Positions 38,881-48,302 of a DNA stretch of 64,000 nucleotides are shown here, piece after piece; the first letter of the stretch is position 1, and each line of letters opens with the position of its first letter. Source of the DNA: Bdellovibrio sp. (GTDB lineage Bacteria; Bdellovibrionota; Bdellovibrionia; Bdellovibrionales; Bdellovibrionaceae). Position numbers and translations under genes: made by a program. The notes below the pieces were generated by a model that searched no databases, was not told where the DNA came from, and was given only the letters and a program-made list of their open reading frames with translations. The stretch is from assembly GCA_036676395.1 (NCBI GenBank), contig JAKFCY010000002.1, forward strand, positions 896,001-960,000, given 5' to 3'.

Positions 38881-39828
38881 ATGAAAATAACGATTTACAC
38901 TTTCTTTTTGGTTTTTTTGATATCGTCGCTTGGTTTTGCCAAAGACCTAAGTTGTTATATCGATTTCACCTGCACAAGCGGGGCCCGCACCGGCAGCACC
39001 GGAAACCCATCTACCGGCAACCAGATTCGCCTTAACCCATCGGCAGTGCCTACACAAAAAGGCTTCGGCCTTGAAGGTATTTATTTTAACTCTGAAACCG
39101 ATTTTTCAATCGTGCAAGGTATCGGTCGCATAGGTGCCGCAGTTTCGCCTTCGAACAGTGATGAAACTTTTTTTGGTACGCCAGGCTTAGAAATTACCGA
39201 AAATCTGTTAGATCGAAAAATAAACGATAAAAAATATCCGAATCAGAAAATCAATTTAGCTACGGCTATGGTACTGACTGAAAAGAATCGCTCTTTATTT
39301 AAAAGTTATGCACTTAAATTAGGTGTCATGGCTAAGTATAACCGCCTGACTAAGAATGTTAATTTAGGAGCTGGTTTAAGCGGTATGCTTGGGCCACTTA
39401 CTTTTGGCTATTCGAATTATAACGACGAATCGCTATTGGACTACGGTCTTGAAGGCAGTGACCCCACAGAAATTGCGAAATACCGGGTGCAGACTTACAG
39501 TGTGGGTGTGTCGGTGAATTCGTTCTTGCTGGATGTGTCGCAACTTCGCTACGTTGACCCGCAGTATGATTTTGCAGAAGAGTCTTCGGTTAGAATTATT
39601 ACATTAAGTTTTAATTATAAAAAATTTATTTTCACGGTTTCAGACCGGGTCGAAAATTCTCATAGGCCTATTTATAATTACGAGACAATGATGCTGGAAG
39701 AGCAATTTACGAAGAAAGATAGCTTTCAGGCGGTTCAGTATATAGCTTCGAAACATGTGATGGTTGGGCTTTTGCATAATTACTATTTGCTGCGTGAACT
39801 TGCGGTTACGGCTACGGTGTTTTTTTAA
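38881..39828 (+). CDS. Secreted hypothetical protein, possible outer-membrane beta-barrel
   Basis: Signal peptide, alternating beta-strand pattern, C-terminal Phe. Confidence 0.55.
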   Translation: MKITIYTFFLVFLISSLGFAKDLSCYIDFTCTSGARTGSTGNPSTGNQIRLNPSAVPTQKGFGLEGIYFNSETDFSIVQGIGRIGAAVSPSNSDETFFGTPGLEITENLLDRKINDKKYPNQKINLATAMVLTEKNRSLFKSYALKLGVMAKYNRLTKNVNLGAGLSGMLGPLTFGYSNYNDESLLDYGLEGSDPTEIAKYRVQTYSVGVSVNSFLLDVSQLRYVDPQYDFAEESSVRIITLSFNYKKFIFTVSDRVENSHRPIYNYETMMLEEQFTKKDSFQAVQYIASKHVMVGLLHNYYLLRELAVTATVFF

Positions 39829-40910
39829 CGTTTATGTAAAGTCATTACAAAACGGGTGTTCTCAGCTGATTCGTCTAGCTTTAATTGCCCCTTATGCATT
39901 TCAACTACTCCTTTTGAGACGCTCAAGCCAAGGCCGGTTCCCTGACCAATAGGTTTGGTGGTAAAAAAGGGCTCCATGATACGGCTGCGAATGTCTGACG
40001 GGACCCCGTGCCCATTGTCGCTCACCGAGAGTTCAATCATATTGCCTAAATCCTTAGATTCAACTTTGATCCAAGGATTTAGAGTGGTTTCTGTCGCGTC
40101 GTGGGCGTTGCTTAAAAGATTAAAAATGACCTGTGAAATCTCGACTTCTCGACCCATAAAAAATAAAGGATGAGGCCCTAATTCTACTTGAAGATCAATC
40201 TTTTTACTTTTGAGTTTTTCAGAGCATAGTGCCAAAGCATTTTCAGCCACCTGAGCAAGACTAAGTTCTGAAACGGCGTCTTGGCTGCCGTCGCGCGAGA
40301 ACACGCGTAAACCCTGAATAATTTTTGCAATTCGGTCAACTGTAGTGCTAATAGAAACTAAAGATTTTTTTAATTGTAAAGGCTCTAGTGAATCGTCTTC
40401 TAGCTGCTCTAAGAGTTGGTAACTCAATAAGCTAATCACACATAGGGGTGTATTGATCTCATGGGCTATGCCACCAGCCATCTGTCCAAGCCCTGCCAAG
40501 CGAGTACTTGCAGTTAGCTTTTGTTCAAGAAGAATCCGCTCAGTCATATCGCGCCCAAAGGCGATAACCCCGACAATATCATTACTCGAATTTCTTTCAG
40601 CGACAAAGCGAATATGATGATACTCAAGTTGTCCGTTAAAGTCAGGAACAGTGAGATCTAAATAATCTGGATTACCAGAAGCCGCACATTGAGTAATTTT
40701 TTTAGTATAGACTTCATAACGACCATCTGGCCACAACTCAGTATTGAGAAAACCTTCAGCTTGTTCCATGGTTACGCCGAGAGCGAGTCTGAGTTGTTTG
40801 TTCAGGTAGCGAATGCGGCCTTCTGAATCGTACCGACCAATAAAATCGGGCAGTAAATCTGCTAGTGTTCTAAAGTCTTGATCATCAATCGTGCCTGTTT
40901 TTTCTTTCAT
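39825..40910 (-). CDS. PAS-domain sensor histidine kinase (NtrB-like)
   Basis: PAS region, H-box GIAHEINTPL, N box, DNGHG and PFFTTK..GTGLGL. Confidence 0.92.
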   Translation of the reverse strand: MKEKTGTIDDQDFRTLADLLPDFIGRYDSEGRIRYLNKQLRLALGVTMEQAEGFLNTELWPDGRYEVYTKKITQCAASGNPDYLDLTVPDFNGQLEYHHIRFVAERNSSNDIVGVIAFGRDMTERILLEQKLTASTRLAGLGQMAGGIAHEINTPLCVISLLSYQLLEQLEDDSLEPLQLKKSLVSISTTVDRIAKIIQGLRVFSRDGSQDAVSELSLAQVAENALALCSEKLKSKKIDLQVELGPHPLFFMGREVEISQVIFNLLSNAHDATETTLNPWIKVESKDLGNMIELSVSDNGHGVPSDIRSRIMEPFFTTKPIGQGTGLGLSVSKGVVEMHKGQLKLDESAENTRFVMTLHKR

Positions 40911-41069
40911 ACTTCATAAATAATACAGTGTTTAGAATTTTTCGTCGACTGGAATATCAAAAATAAATTGTGTCTCATATCGAGTTCGTGGATAGCGATG
41001 AAAATACTGTAGGGTTTCTCAGGGGATCAATCTGATACAGGATTTCGATGAAAGTAGTTCCCATTGTTT

Positions 41070-41969
41070 CTAGATCTCAGGCTCAACAGCATTCAAAATA
41101 TCCGAAGCTTCCCAGTGCGGAAGATCTTCTTTTAATCCCGCAAGGAGTGTTTCAAGATAAGCTTCAGCTTCATCGCGGCGTTTTGGGTCAGTAATGCCAT
41201 TTGCAGTTTCACGCCATTCTGGTGAAAGCGCTAAGCGGCTTCGTAAAGCGGTCGTAAATAAATCAATCCAAGTGGGTGCAGTGAAAGTAAAGTTTAAAGC
41301 CAAGGCTTCACCTTGCGCTTCTGTTGAATGCCAGTAACCGCGCGGAACAAAAAGCATTGAGCCAGGTTTAAGTTCAATTGTTTGCGCTGATTTTGGCATT
41401 TTAGTCGGAAGCTCTTCTTCTAAGTAACCAGCCATTTCATTATCGGGTTTTGTTCCCATAGTATGACGGGTAAGAGGATTGGGCACATGCTCATTCGGAG
41501 CGAGCTTCCAAATTTTTGTGCCGTGAATTTGTAAAACGAAATTAATATTCTGATCAAAGTGCGGGGCGGTGCCTTTGCCATCAGGAGTGGCGTAAATTAA
41601 ACAGCGCGAATACGTCTGCGACGATAACCCTAAGTCAGCACGAATTTTTTCTAGCCAGGTTTGTAATAATGGCGAAATACGGTGCGCTTCATTAAAAAGT
41701 AAACCCATGCCGTTTTGAAATAATTTTTTCGCATCTTTCGGGTTTGTATCAATCGAACTTGATTCATCACGTAGATCAGGTAAGTGCGCTTGAATCGAAT
41801 GCGGCCACATGTTTAAAAGATTTTCTAACGACGCTAAAAAATCTAAACTGCGTAAGGCGGTTAGAACGTCTTTAGGGTGATGCACGACGAACAGTTCATT
41901 CGCATCGTACTTTGTGAAAAAATCTTCTGTCGTTTTGGGGTGAACTAGCGCTGCTAAACCTGATTTCAT
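41070..41969 (-). CDS. JmjC/cupin 2-oxoglutarate oxygenase
   Basis: HFD...K.W...PRGYWH (HxD...H). Confidence 0.85.
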   Translation of the reverse strand: MKSGLAALVHPKTTEDFFTKYDANELFVVHHPKDVLTALRSLDFLASLENLLNMWPHSIQAHLPDLRDESSSIDTNPKDAKKLFQNGMGLLFNEAHRISPLLQTWLEKIRADLGLSSQTYSRCLIYATPDGKGTAPHFDQNINFVLQIHGTKIWKLAPNEHVPNPLTRHTMGTKPDNEMAGYLEEELPTKMPKSAQTIELKPGSMLFVPRGYWHSTEAQGEALALNFTFTAPTWIDLFTTALRSRLALSPEWRETANGITDPKRRDEAEAYLETLLAGLKEDLPHWEASDILNAVEPEI

Positions 41970-42082
41970 ACATATTCCTATAGTTAGAGTATCTATTTTT
42001 CATTTCTTTCTGGCTCTAAGTCAACTTGGTAGCCTTCAAAGATTAGGGGTTGTATTAGCTAGGTATAAGCCTACCGTTGGTC

Positions 42083-42445
42083 ATGACTAATCTTTCGACT
42101 CCGCATCCTTGTTTGTCGTGCGGCGCCTGTTGCGCGTTTTTTCGCGTGTCTTTTCATTGGACTGAAACCGCAAGCGAAAGTCATGCAGTGCCGATTGCTA
42201 TGACTAAGCAGATTTCTCAGTACGTGAATGCGATGAATGGCACAGATCAGGCAAAACCAAGTTGTGTAGCTTTGGTTGGTGTTGTCGGAAAATCCACTTC
42301 TTGTAGCATCTATGAAAATCGCCCTGATTGTTGTCGTATTTTTAAAGCCAGTTTCGAAGATGGCTCTAGAAATGAAGACTGTGAAAAAGCCAGGTTAAGT
42401 AAAGGTTTAAAAGTACTGCAGACATCTGATTGGGCTGCAGTGTAA
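42083..42445 (+). CDS. YkgJ-family cysteine cluster protein
   Basis: CLSCGACC...CVAL...CSIYENRPDCC. Confidence 0.88.
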   Translation: MTNLSTPHPCLSCGACCAFFRVSFHWTETASESHAVPIAMTKQISQYVNAMNGTDQAKPSCVALVGVVGKSTSCSIYENRPDCCRIFKASFEDGSRNEDCEKARLSKGLKVLQTSDWAAV

Positions 42446-42513
42446 AAAACTTTGACGAAAACGCCCGAACAAAAATCTCACATTTTATAAAACACTGCTA
42501 AAATTAAAGGTGT

Positions 42514-43359
42514 ATGTTGCAAGAAACATGGAATACGTTTTCTAGCCAAATTGTACAGAAGATCAATGGATTGCTTGATCAGGCCCAGCCTACGTCACTG
42601 AAGGCCTTTCATATTTATAAAATGTGTCAGGCTGAAAATCTATGGGATAAATCTTATTCTGAATTTTCATTTTTACTTGAAGGTTTTTTTCACACCCACC
42701 CCGCAGAGCGCAGCAAAAGCCAAATGGATCAGTTTTTAAACCGGCCTATGGATTGGCGCAGTTTTGAATCTATACATCTGACATTTCGTACGGCTGAAAT
42801 TAATCCGAATGAAATTCGTGATATCGCCAGTTGGGCGCATCATATGTTGCGTCTGCATTACGAAAAAACATCGCCGGTTTCTAGTGTCGACACCTTAAGT
42901 AAAACTATTTTTGATCTGACTCATCCGCAATTGGGTGAAAAAGATCAAAATATTGATTTCGAAGATTTTTGCGATGCATGGAAGGCTGCCGTCGATAAAC
43001 TTTACGGCAAAAAATATGAAGCCGAACATCAGTCAGTGCTTTCTGATTTGCGAAATTTAAACCACCTGCTAGAAACGCAAGCCTTGGAGTTGCCAAGGTT
43101 AAACCGAATATATCTTACCCAAACCGAGATCACCTGGGTTGAACGTTCGCTTGAAGCCGTCGTAGAACGACGCAAAATGCCTCGCTATCCGCTAACGAAA
43201 GGGCCCGAAAAATCGCGCCTTGTGGATTTATTAAAATGGCTAACGCTATGGGAAATATCTAAAGACGTCAAAGCGCCTGCTGTACAGGATAAGGTTGAAA
43301 AGCTACGCATTTATATTCAAAAAGAATGCGACGATCTGCTAGCCACTTGCCGAAGATAG
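42514..43359 (+). CDS. Hypothetical protein
   Basis: 281-aa ORF with no recognised motif. Confidence 0.6.
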   Translation: MLQETWNTFSSQIVQKINGLLDQAQPTSLKAFHIYKMCQAENLWDKSYSEFSFLLEGFFHTHPAERSKSQMDQFLNRPMDWRSFESIHLTFRTAEINPNEIRDIASWAHHMLRLHYEKTSPVSSVDTLSKTIFDLTHPQLGEKDQNIDFEDFCDAWKAAVDKLYGKKYEAEHQSVLSDLRNLNHLLETQALELPRLNRIYLTQTEITWVERSLEAVVERRKMPRYPLTKGPEKSRLVDLLKWLTLWEISKDVKAPAVQDKVEKLRIYIQKECDDLLATCRR

Positions 43360-43390
43360 TGCTATCACAGCTCCATCATTAGGGGGCTAT

Positions 43391-44143
43391 ATGATGGTGT
43401 TACTTCTTGTTTCAATATTAGCGCTAGCGGCGTGTTCACCGGCAAATAATTTTAATACATCAAATGCAGTGTCTGAATCAGCAACTATCGTCAACGGTAA
43501 AGCTGTGGCCGCGACAGATTTATATACGCGCCATACGGTAGCGATTGCACCCGAAAATAATACTCCATGTACCGGAGTCATCATTGCGCCTCATTTTATT
43601 TTATCGGCGGCTCACTGCGGTGATTATTTTTCGAAAGGTCATATTTATTTCGGACTGGTTTCTAAGGTTGGTAAGGCCATTGTCTACAAAGTTAAAAACG
43701 TAACGCCGCACCCGAAATACTGCGGCTCATGTTTTTTTGGGGATACTGAGCCTGCAGACTTTAAAGATTATGCAATCGTGGAATTTGAAGAAGACCTGCC
43801 GCCAGGATTTAAAGCAGTTCAGATGGCTACGTTAAAACAAATTAAAAAAGGCACAACCATTCATCTTGCAGGTTTTGGTCTAGATGAAAAATATGAATAC
43901 GATGGCATCTTAAAAGCGACGCGTGTGCCGGTAACAGCTGTTGGTAAATATGAATTTATGACCGACGAAACAAAAAATGGTTCGTGCCGAGGAGACTCAG
44001 GTGGGCCAGCCTATGTTATGGAAGACGGTAAAATCTATTTAGCCGGTATCACAAGCCGTGGCGATGCACTTTGCCGCAATTACGGTATGTATGGCATTGC
44101 TGCAGTAGAAATGGACTGGATTAATTCAGTCATTAATAAGTAA
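43391..44143 (+). CDS. S1 trypsin-like serine protease, lipoprotein
   Basis: LAAC lipobox, IVNG, LSAAHC, DYAI and GDSGGP motifs. Confidence 0.92.
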   Translation: MMVLLLVSILALAACSPANNFNTSNAVSESATIVNGKAVAATDLYTRHTVAIAPENNTPCTGVIIAPHFILSAAHCGDYFSKGHIYFGLVSKVGKAIVYKVKNVTPHPKYCGSCFFGDTEPADFKDYAIVEFEEDLPPGFKAVQMATLKQIKKGTTIHLAGFGLDEKYEYDGILKATRVPVTAVGKYEFMTDETKNGSCRGDSGGPAYVMEDGKIYLAGITSRGDALCRNYGMYGIAAVEMDWINSVINK

Positions 44144-44156
44144 TGCATAAATCTGC

Positions 44157-45044
44157 TTAACGCAGAAAAAATGTATTCATCAGTTTTGCCGCTACGGGAT
44201 TTTCAATTTTTCTTTGTGCCGAGCTCAGCCAAACTTCTTCGTAAACACCTTTAAGCCGCCCCAGGCGAATCAGATTTTCTTCGTGTGCAGCGCCCACTTC
44301 TGAAAAGGGGGCAAGGCCAATGCCATCAGAGGCCAGTAATTTTTGAAGGCTAGTGTCTTGAGTTTCTGCGACCGGAATCACGTGAATATTCTGCAGTTTA
44401 AAGTAGTGATTCAGATCATGACGAAGTTTGCTATGCGCCGTCGGCAGTACAAAAGGTTTTCCTTTTAAAGACTGCGGAAATGATTTTTTGACCGACTTAA
44501 ATTTTTTTGATCCGAAAATTGAAACCGGAAGCTGGGCAACGGATTTTGAAAAGACCTGACGTTGTTCGAGTGCTGGCGGGTAGTTGGATAAAATAAGATC
44601 AATTCTGTGTGCGTACAGTTCGCGAAACAGTTCATCGCCCTTGCCCTCAAGAATGGAGACGGTACATGTCGGCGAGATCTGATAACATTCTTTGACTAAA
44701 GAAAGAATAACGCTTTTCGGTACGCTATCAAGTGCGCCAATTTGAATATGTGTTTGGTTATTTAAATTTTTATCCTGCAGAACTTCAAGCATTTCATCAC
44801 CCAGGCGAAATATTTCATTGGCATAATCTAACGCCGATTTGCCAGCTTCTGTTAAAATCATTTTGCGATTTCTGCGTTCAAATAAAGGTTTACCCACCAT
44901 TTCTTCAAGTTGTTTTAATTGCGAACTTAAAGTCGGCTGTCCTAAACGAAGTTTTTCGGCGGCCTTGGCGATTCCGCCTTCGGTGGCGATTGTGCGAAAA
45001 TAATTAAGGTGGTGATAGTTAAGCCAATGCGTTGGAAGATCCAT
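44157..45044 (-). CDS. LysR family regulator, NhaR-like
   Basis: WLNYHHLNYF...QPTLSSQLKQLE HTH; divergent from the terC operon. Confidence 0.9.
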   Translation of the reverse strand: MDLPTHWLNYHHLNYFRTIATEGGIAKAAEKLRLGQPTLSSQLKQLEEMVGKPLFERRNRKMILTEAGKSALDYANEIFRLGDEMLEVLQDKNLNNQTHIQIGALDSVPKSVILSLVKECYQISPTCTVSILEGKGDELFRELYAHRIDLILSNYPPALEQRQVFSKSVAQLPVSIFGSKKFKSVKKSFPQSLKGKPFVLPTAHSKLRHDLNHYFKLQNIHVIPVAETQDTSLQKLLASDGIGLAPFSEVGAAHEENLIRLGRLKGVYEEVWLSSAQRKIENPVAAKLMNTFFLR

Positions 45045-45156
45045 TTAAAGCCTTTAATATAATTTGTTTAAAGCGAATGATTTGATTGTATTTATCGTAT
45101 TTTAGAAAGTATGCGTCAAGGCTATACTTAAAAAATAATTCACCCAGGAGGAATAA

Positions 45157-45393
45157 ATGAAATGTCCAACTTGCCCAGATGCAACTTTACTGATGAGCAC
45201 TCGCCAAGAAATTGAAATCGACTATTGCCCGCAGTGTCGTGGCGTATGGCTTGATCGCGGAGAACTTGATAAGATCATCGAACGCTCGGCAGCGCCATCA
45301 ACAAATAATCATTATAAGCACTCCGACGATGATCACAAAAAAGATCAGTACTATAAAAGAAAAAAATCATTTCTTTCAGAAATTTTTGATTAA
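45157..45393 (+). CDS. zf-TFIIB zinc-ribbon protein
   Basis: CPTC...EIDYCPQCRGVWLDRGELDKII...KKSFLSEIFD. Confidence 0.88.
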   Translation: MKCPTCPDATLLMSTRQEIEIDYCPQCRGVWLDRGELDKIIERSAAPSTNNHYKHSDDDHKKDQYYKRKKSFLSEIFD

Positions 45394-45395
45394 TT

Positions 45396-46352
45396 ATGGG
45401 CGATTTAGCTTCAAGTATCTCAATAGCCCCTCCCTGGTTATGGATTAGCTTCTGTGTGGGTATTTTTGTTCTGCTGTTAATCGATTTAAGTCTTTTCGGT
45501 AAAGCCGGGCATAAAGTTTCACGTAAATCCGCTCTGATCGAAAGCGGCTTATGGATCAGTGTGGCGCTGCTTTTTAACCTTTGGTTCGGCGATGCTTTCG
45601 GTAAAGAACTGGGTTTAGAGTTTCTGACGGGTTACTTGGTCGAAAAAAGTCTGAGTGTAGACAACCTGTTTGTTATTATTTTGATTTTCAGTGCTTTTAA
45701 AATACCCGAGCAACACCAGCATCGCGTTCTTTTCTACGGTGTATTAGGTGCAATAGTTTTGCGAGCTTTTTTTATTATCATAGGCGCACAGCTTCTTCAT
45801 CATTTTCACTGGATTCTATATGTTTTCGGAGCCGTTTTAATTTTTACAGCCATCAAGATTTTGCGCGAAGTCGAAGAAACACAGAATGTTAAAGATAATT
45901 GGGTCATTCGTTTTATTAAACGTTTTATCCCAACAACGACAACTTATGCTGGAAATCATTTTTTTCTTTTAGAAAATGGAGTTCGCAAGGCGACGCCATT
46001 GTTTCTTGCACTGGTGGTGATTGAAGTCACAGATCTGGTTTTTGCCGTGGATTCGATTCCGGCCGTGTTTGCTGTGACCCAAGATGCCTTTGTTGCTTTC
46101 GCGTCAAATATTTTGGCTATCTTGGGATTACGCGCACTTTACTTTGTTCTGGCTGATTGGGTCGGAAAGCTGCGCTATCTAAAGCCAGGCCTAGCTGCGG
46201 TTTTGGGGTTTATCGGCGTGAAGATGCTTTTACTTGATGTGTACAAAATTCCAAGTTCGGTTTCGTTACTGGTTATTTTTTCGATTCTTCTGACAGCGGC
46301 ATTAAGCTCTTGGTACGTTGCCAGACTAGAAAAACGAAAATTGAAGAATTAA
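45396..46352 (+). CDS. TerC/Alx family membrane protein
   Basis: EKSLSVDNLFV, DLVFAVDSIPA and SNILAILGLR motifs. Confidence 0.93.
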   Translation: MGDLASSISIAPPWLWISFCVGIFVLLLIDLSLFGKAGHKVSRKSALIESGLWISVALLFNLWFGDAFGKELGLEFLTGYLVEKSLSVDNLFVIILIFSAFKIPEQHQHRVLFYGVLGAIVLRAFFIIIGAQLLHHFHWILYVFGAVLIFTAIKILREVEETQNVKDNWVIRFIKRFIPTTTTYAGNHFFLLENGVRKATPLFLALVVIEVTDLVFAVDSIPAVFAVTQDAFVAFASNILAILGLRALYFVLADWVGKLRYLKPGLAAVLGFIGVKMLLLDVYKIPSSVSLLVIFSILLTAALSSWYVARLEKRKLKN

Positions 46353-47605
46353 ACATCACCGAATTTTCGGGTTAAAAATTCTGATAAAAATAAAGCGTAG
46401 ATGGCATATCCCATAAACAGATAAAATCCAGGTTGCAGGGATGTGCCATTCGTCGTTAGTAGAACGATTTCTTGATCTGCAGCATGCAGTTTACCTAATT
46501 GGCTAGAGATTACGCCGCTAAAGCCGATATAGGCCATAAAAATCGCGATGATCATAACATCGGTCATCGACCATTTTCCCGATTTGTGAACAAAAAAGTG
46601 AATGATTTTGTTTTTACGAAAGCCCCAGCTATTATAGTAAAAAAGCAGTGATGACACGAGCTTAAACGCCGGAAAAATAATACTAAAAAGCACCATCAGT
46701 AAACCCACGATTTGCATTTCTAGTTTAGCATGGGTGATCATCAACCAGAAAACATCAATCACACTTTTAGACTGAAAATATAAAACCTGATTTAAAAACT
46801 TAACCGGATGGTCCATCAGCACGAAACTCATCTCTGAAATTTTAGCTTCAAGATCGATCATCGGCGTTGTCACGCCACAACTGAGTAACACAAATAAAGC
46901 CACGACTAAAATGATATAATGCAGACTTGGAATCGGGCCTTTACCCAGGGCCGATAATAAAAACAACAGACCGACTAAGCCTAGTAATGTCCAAGACTGC
47001 GCCGAGACCAATTTATGTGTGTCTTTGATTTCCTGATCTAATTTTTCGCGGGCTGCTACAATATCGGCTGCGTTCAATTTTAAGATAATGGCATCAATGG
47101 CTGAACGATCCTGCTGCTCATAGGTTCTTTCAAAGTAGTCTTCAACTTTATCCAGCATCAGTTCTTTAATATTTTTTTTAGACTTGGGGCGATTCATGAT
47201 TTTAATCACTTCATCAGCGTAACGCGGAACCCCGGCTTTAATGTCTTTCACATCAACAAAGGTATTTATAAAAGCTTGTTTTACGCGGCCCTTAAAGGTG
47301 TCTTTATTCTTTTTTTGGATATGGTCTTGCACGCTATCAATAAGTTTGTGCAGCTGTGCTTCAACCAGCGGCTTGAGCTGTTCTTTATTTTTTCGAAGAT
47401 CTAAATCTGTAATTTCACTTTCGATGATTTCGTTAAGTTGGTGCTTCCATTCGTTGATGCTGAACAGACCATACTTAATATGATTAATTTCGGCGTAGTC
47501 TTTTTTACGTTCTTGATTGGCGATAGAATTCACGATGATGTGGTAGGCGAACCCAAAACATACGCAAAGAATAAGAATAAATAGGCCGGATTTCCAATTT
47601 TTCAC
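46349..47605 (-). CDS. Paraquat-inducible protein A (PqiA-like) domain membrane protein
   Basis: FSIIFP..K and GKWSMTDV motifs. Confidence 0.75.
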   Translation of the reverse strand: MKNWKSGLFILILCVCFGFAYHIIVNSIANQERKKDYAEINHIKYGLFSINEWKHQLNEIIESEITDLDLRKNKEQLKPLVEAQLHKLIDSVQDHIQKKNKDTFKGRVKQAFINTFVDVKDIKAGVPRYADEVIKIMNRPKSKKNIKELMLDKVEDYFERTYEQQDRSAIDAIILKLNAADIVAAREKLDQEIKDTHKLVSAQSWTLLGLVGLLFLLSALGKGPIPSLHYIILVVALFVLLSCGVTTPMIDLEAKISEMSFVLMDHPVKFLNQVLYFQSKSVIDVFWLMITHAKLEMQIVGLLMVLFSIIFPAFKLVSSLLFYYNSWGFRKNKIIHFFVHKSGKWSMTDVMIIAIFMAYIGFSGVISSQLGKLHAADQEIVLLTTNGTSLQPGFYLFMGYAIYALFLSEFLTRKFGDV

Positions 47606-47750
47606 AAGTTAGAATTTACGATCAGCGATGTAAAGACAAGCAAATACTCATTTTTTGGTCGCAGGCCGTCTAAATTGATGGTCTTGGGTTGTCTTAGTCT
47701 TAAATTGCTTGTTAGGCTTTATGAGTTAGAACTTTAGAAAAGGATGTCTT

Positions 47751-48029
47751 ATGAAAAATATTTTATTAACTGCCGTGTTAATTTTAATTTCTTCGGTTGC
47801 AATGGCGACTCAGGTGCGTGCTACAGCAGAATATTACACAAATCCAAACAGTAAAACGGTTAAGTCAGCTTGCCTTATGGCTTCAGAAGCCGCAACACGT
47901 TCATTAAAAGCAAAGTGCGAACTTTTAGATGAAACTGTTGGCGCATACGCTAACGTAACAGTAGAGCCTGTGCTTATTGACGAACAAAATGGTTTTTGCG
48001 TAGCTGTTGCTGAAACAAACTGTAAGTAG
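47751..48029 (+). CDS. Small secreted protein
   Basis: Signal peptide; four Cys. Confidence 0.65.
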   Translation: MKNILLTAVLILISSVAMATQVRATAEYYTNPNSKTVKSACLMASEAATRSLKAKCELLDETVGAYANVTVEPVLIDEQNGFCVAVAETNCK

Positions 48030-48032
48030 GAG

Positions 48033-48281
48033 ATGACAATGTCTGAAGATATGAAAGCCGAATTAGAAAGACTAAGAGCCGAAAACGAAGCTCTTAAAAA
48101 TAAAAAATCTGGTGGAGCACTTTCTATGAAAGTCAGCGAAAAGGGCGCCTTGTCAGTTTATGGTATGGGACGTTTTCCGGTAACGCTTTATAAAGAACAA
48201 TGGTTAAAACTATTAGGCATTGCTGAAGAGCTTAAAGCTTTTATTGCTGAAAATGACAGCCGTTTAAAAAACAAAGAATAG
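48033..48281 (+). CDS. Small conserved hypothetical protein (coiled coil + GRFPVTLY motif)
   Basis: KVSEKGALSVYGMGRFPVTLYKEQW; AGGAG RBS. Confidence 0.75.
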   Translation: MTMSEDMKAELERLRAENEALKNKKSGGALSMKVSEKGALSVYGMGRFPVTLYKEQWLKLLGIAEELKAFIAENDSRLKNKE

Positions 48282-48302
48282 CAGTAAATACAAAAACTGT
48301 GA

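Noticed and set aside
41070..42445. JmjC + YkgJ as a RiPP cluster
   Set aside because: No convincing precursor peptide, transporter or peptidase is adjacent, and the genes are divergent.
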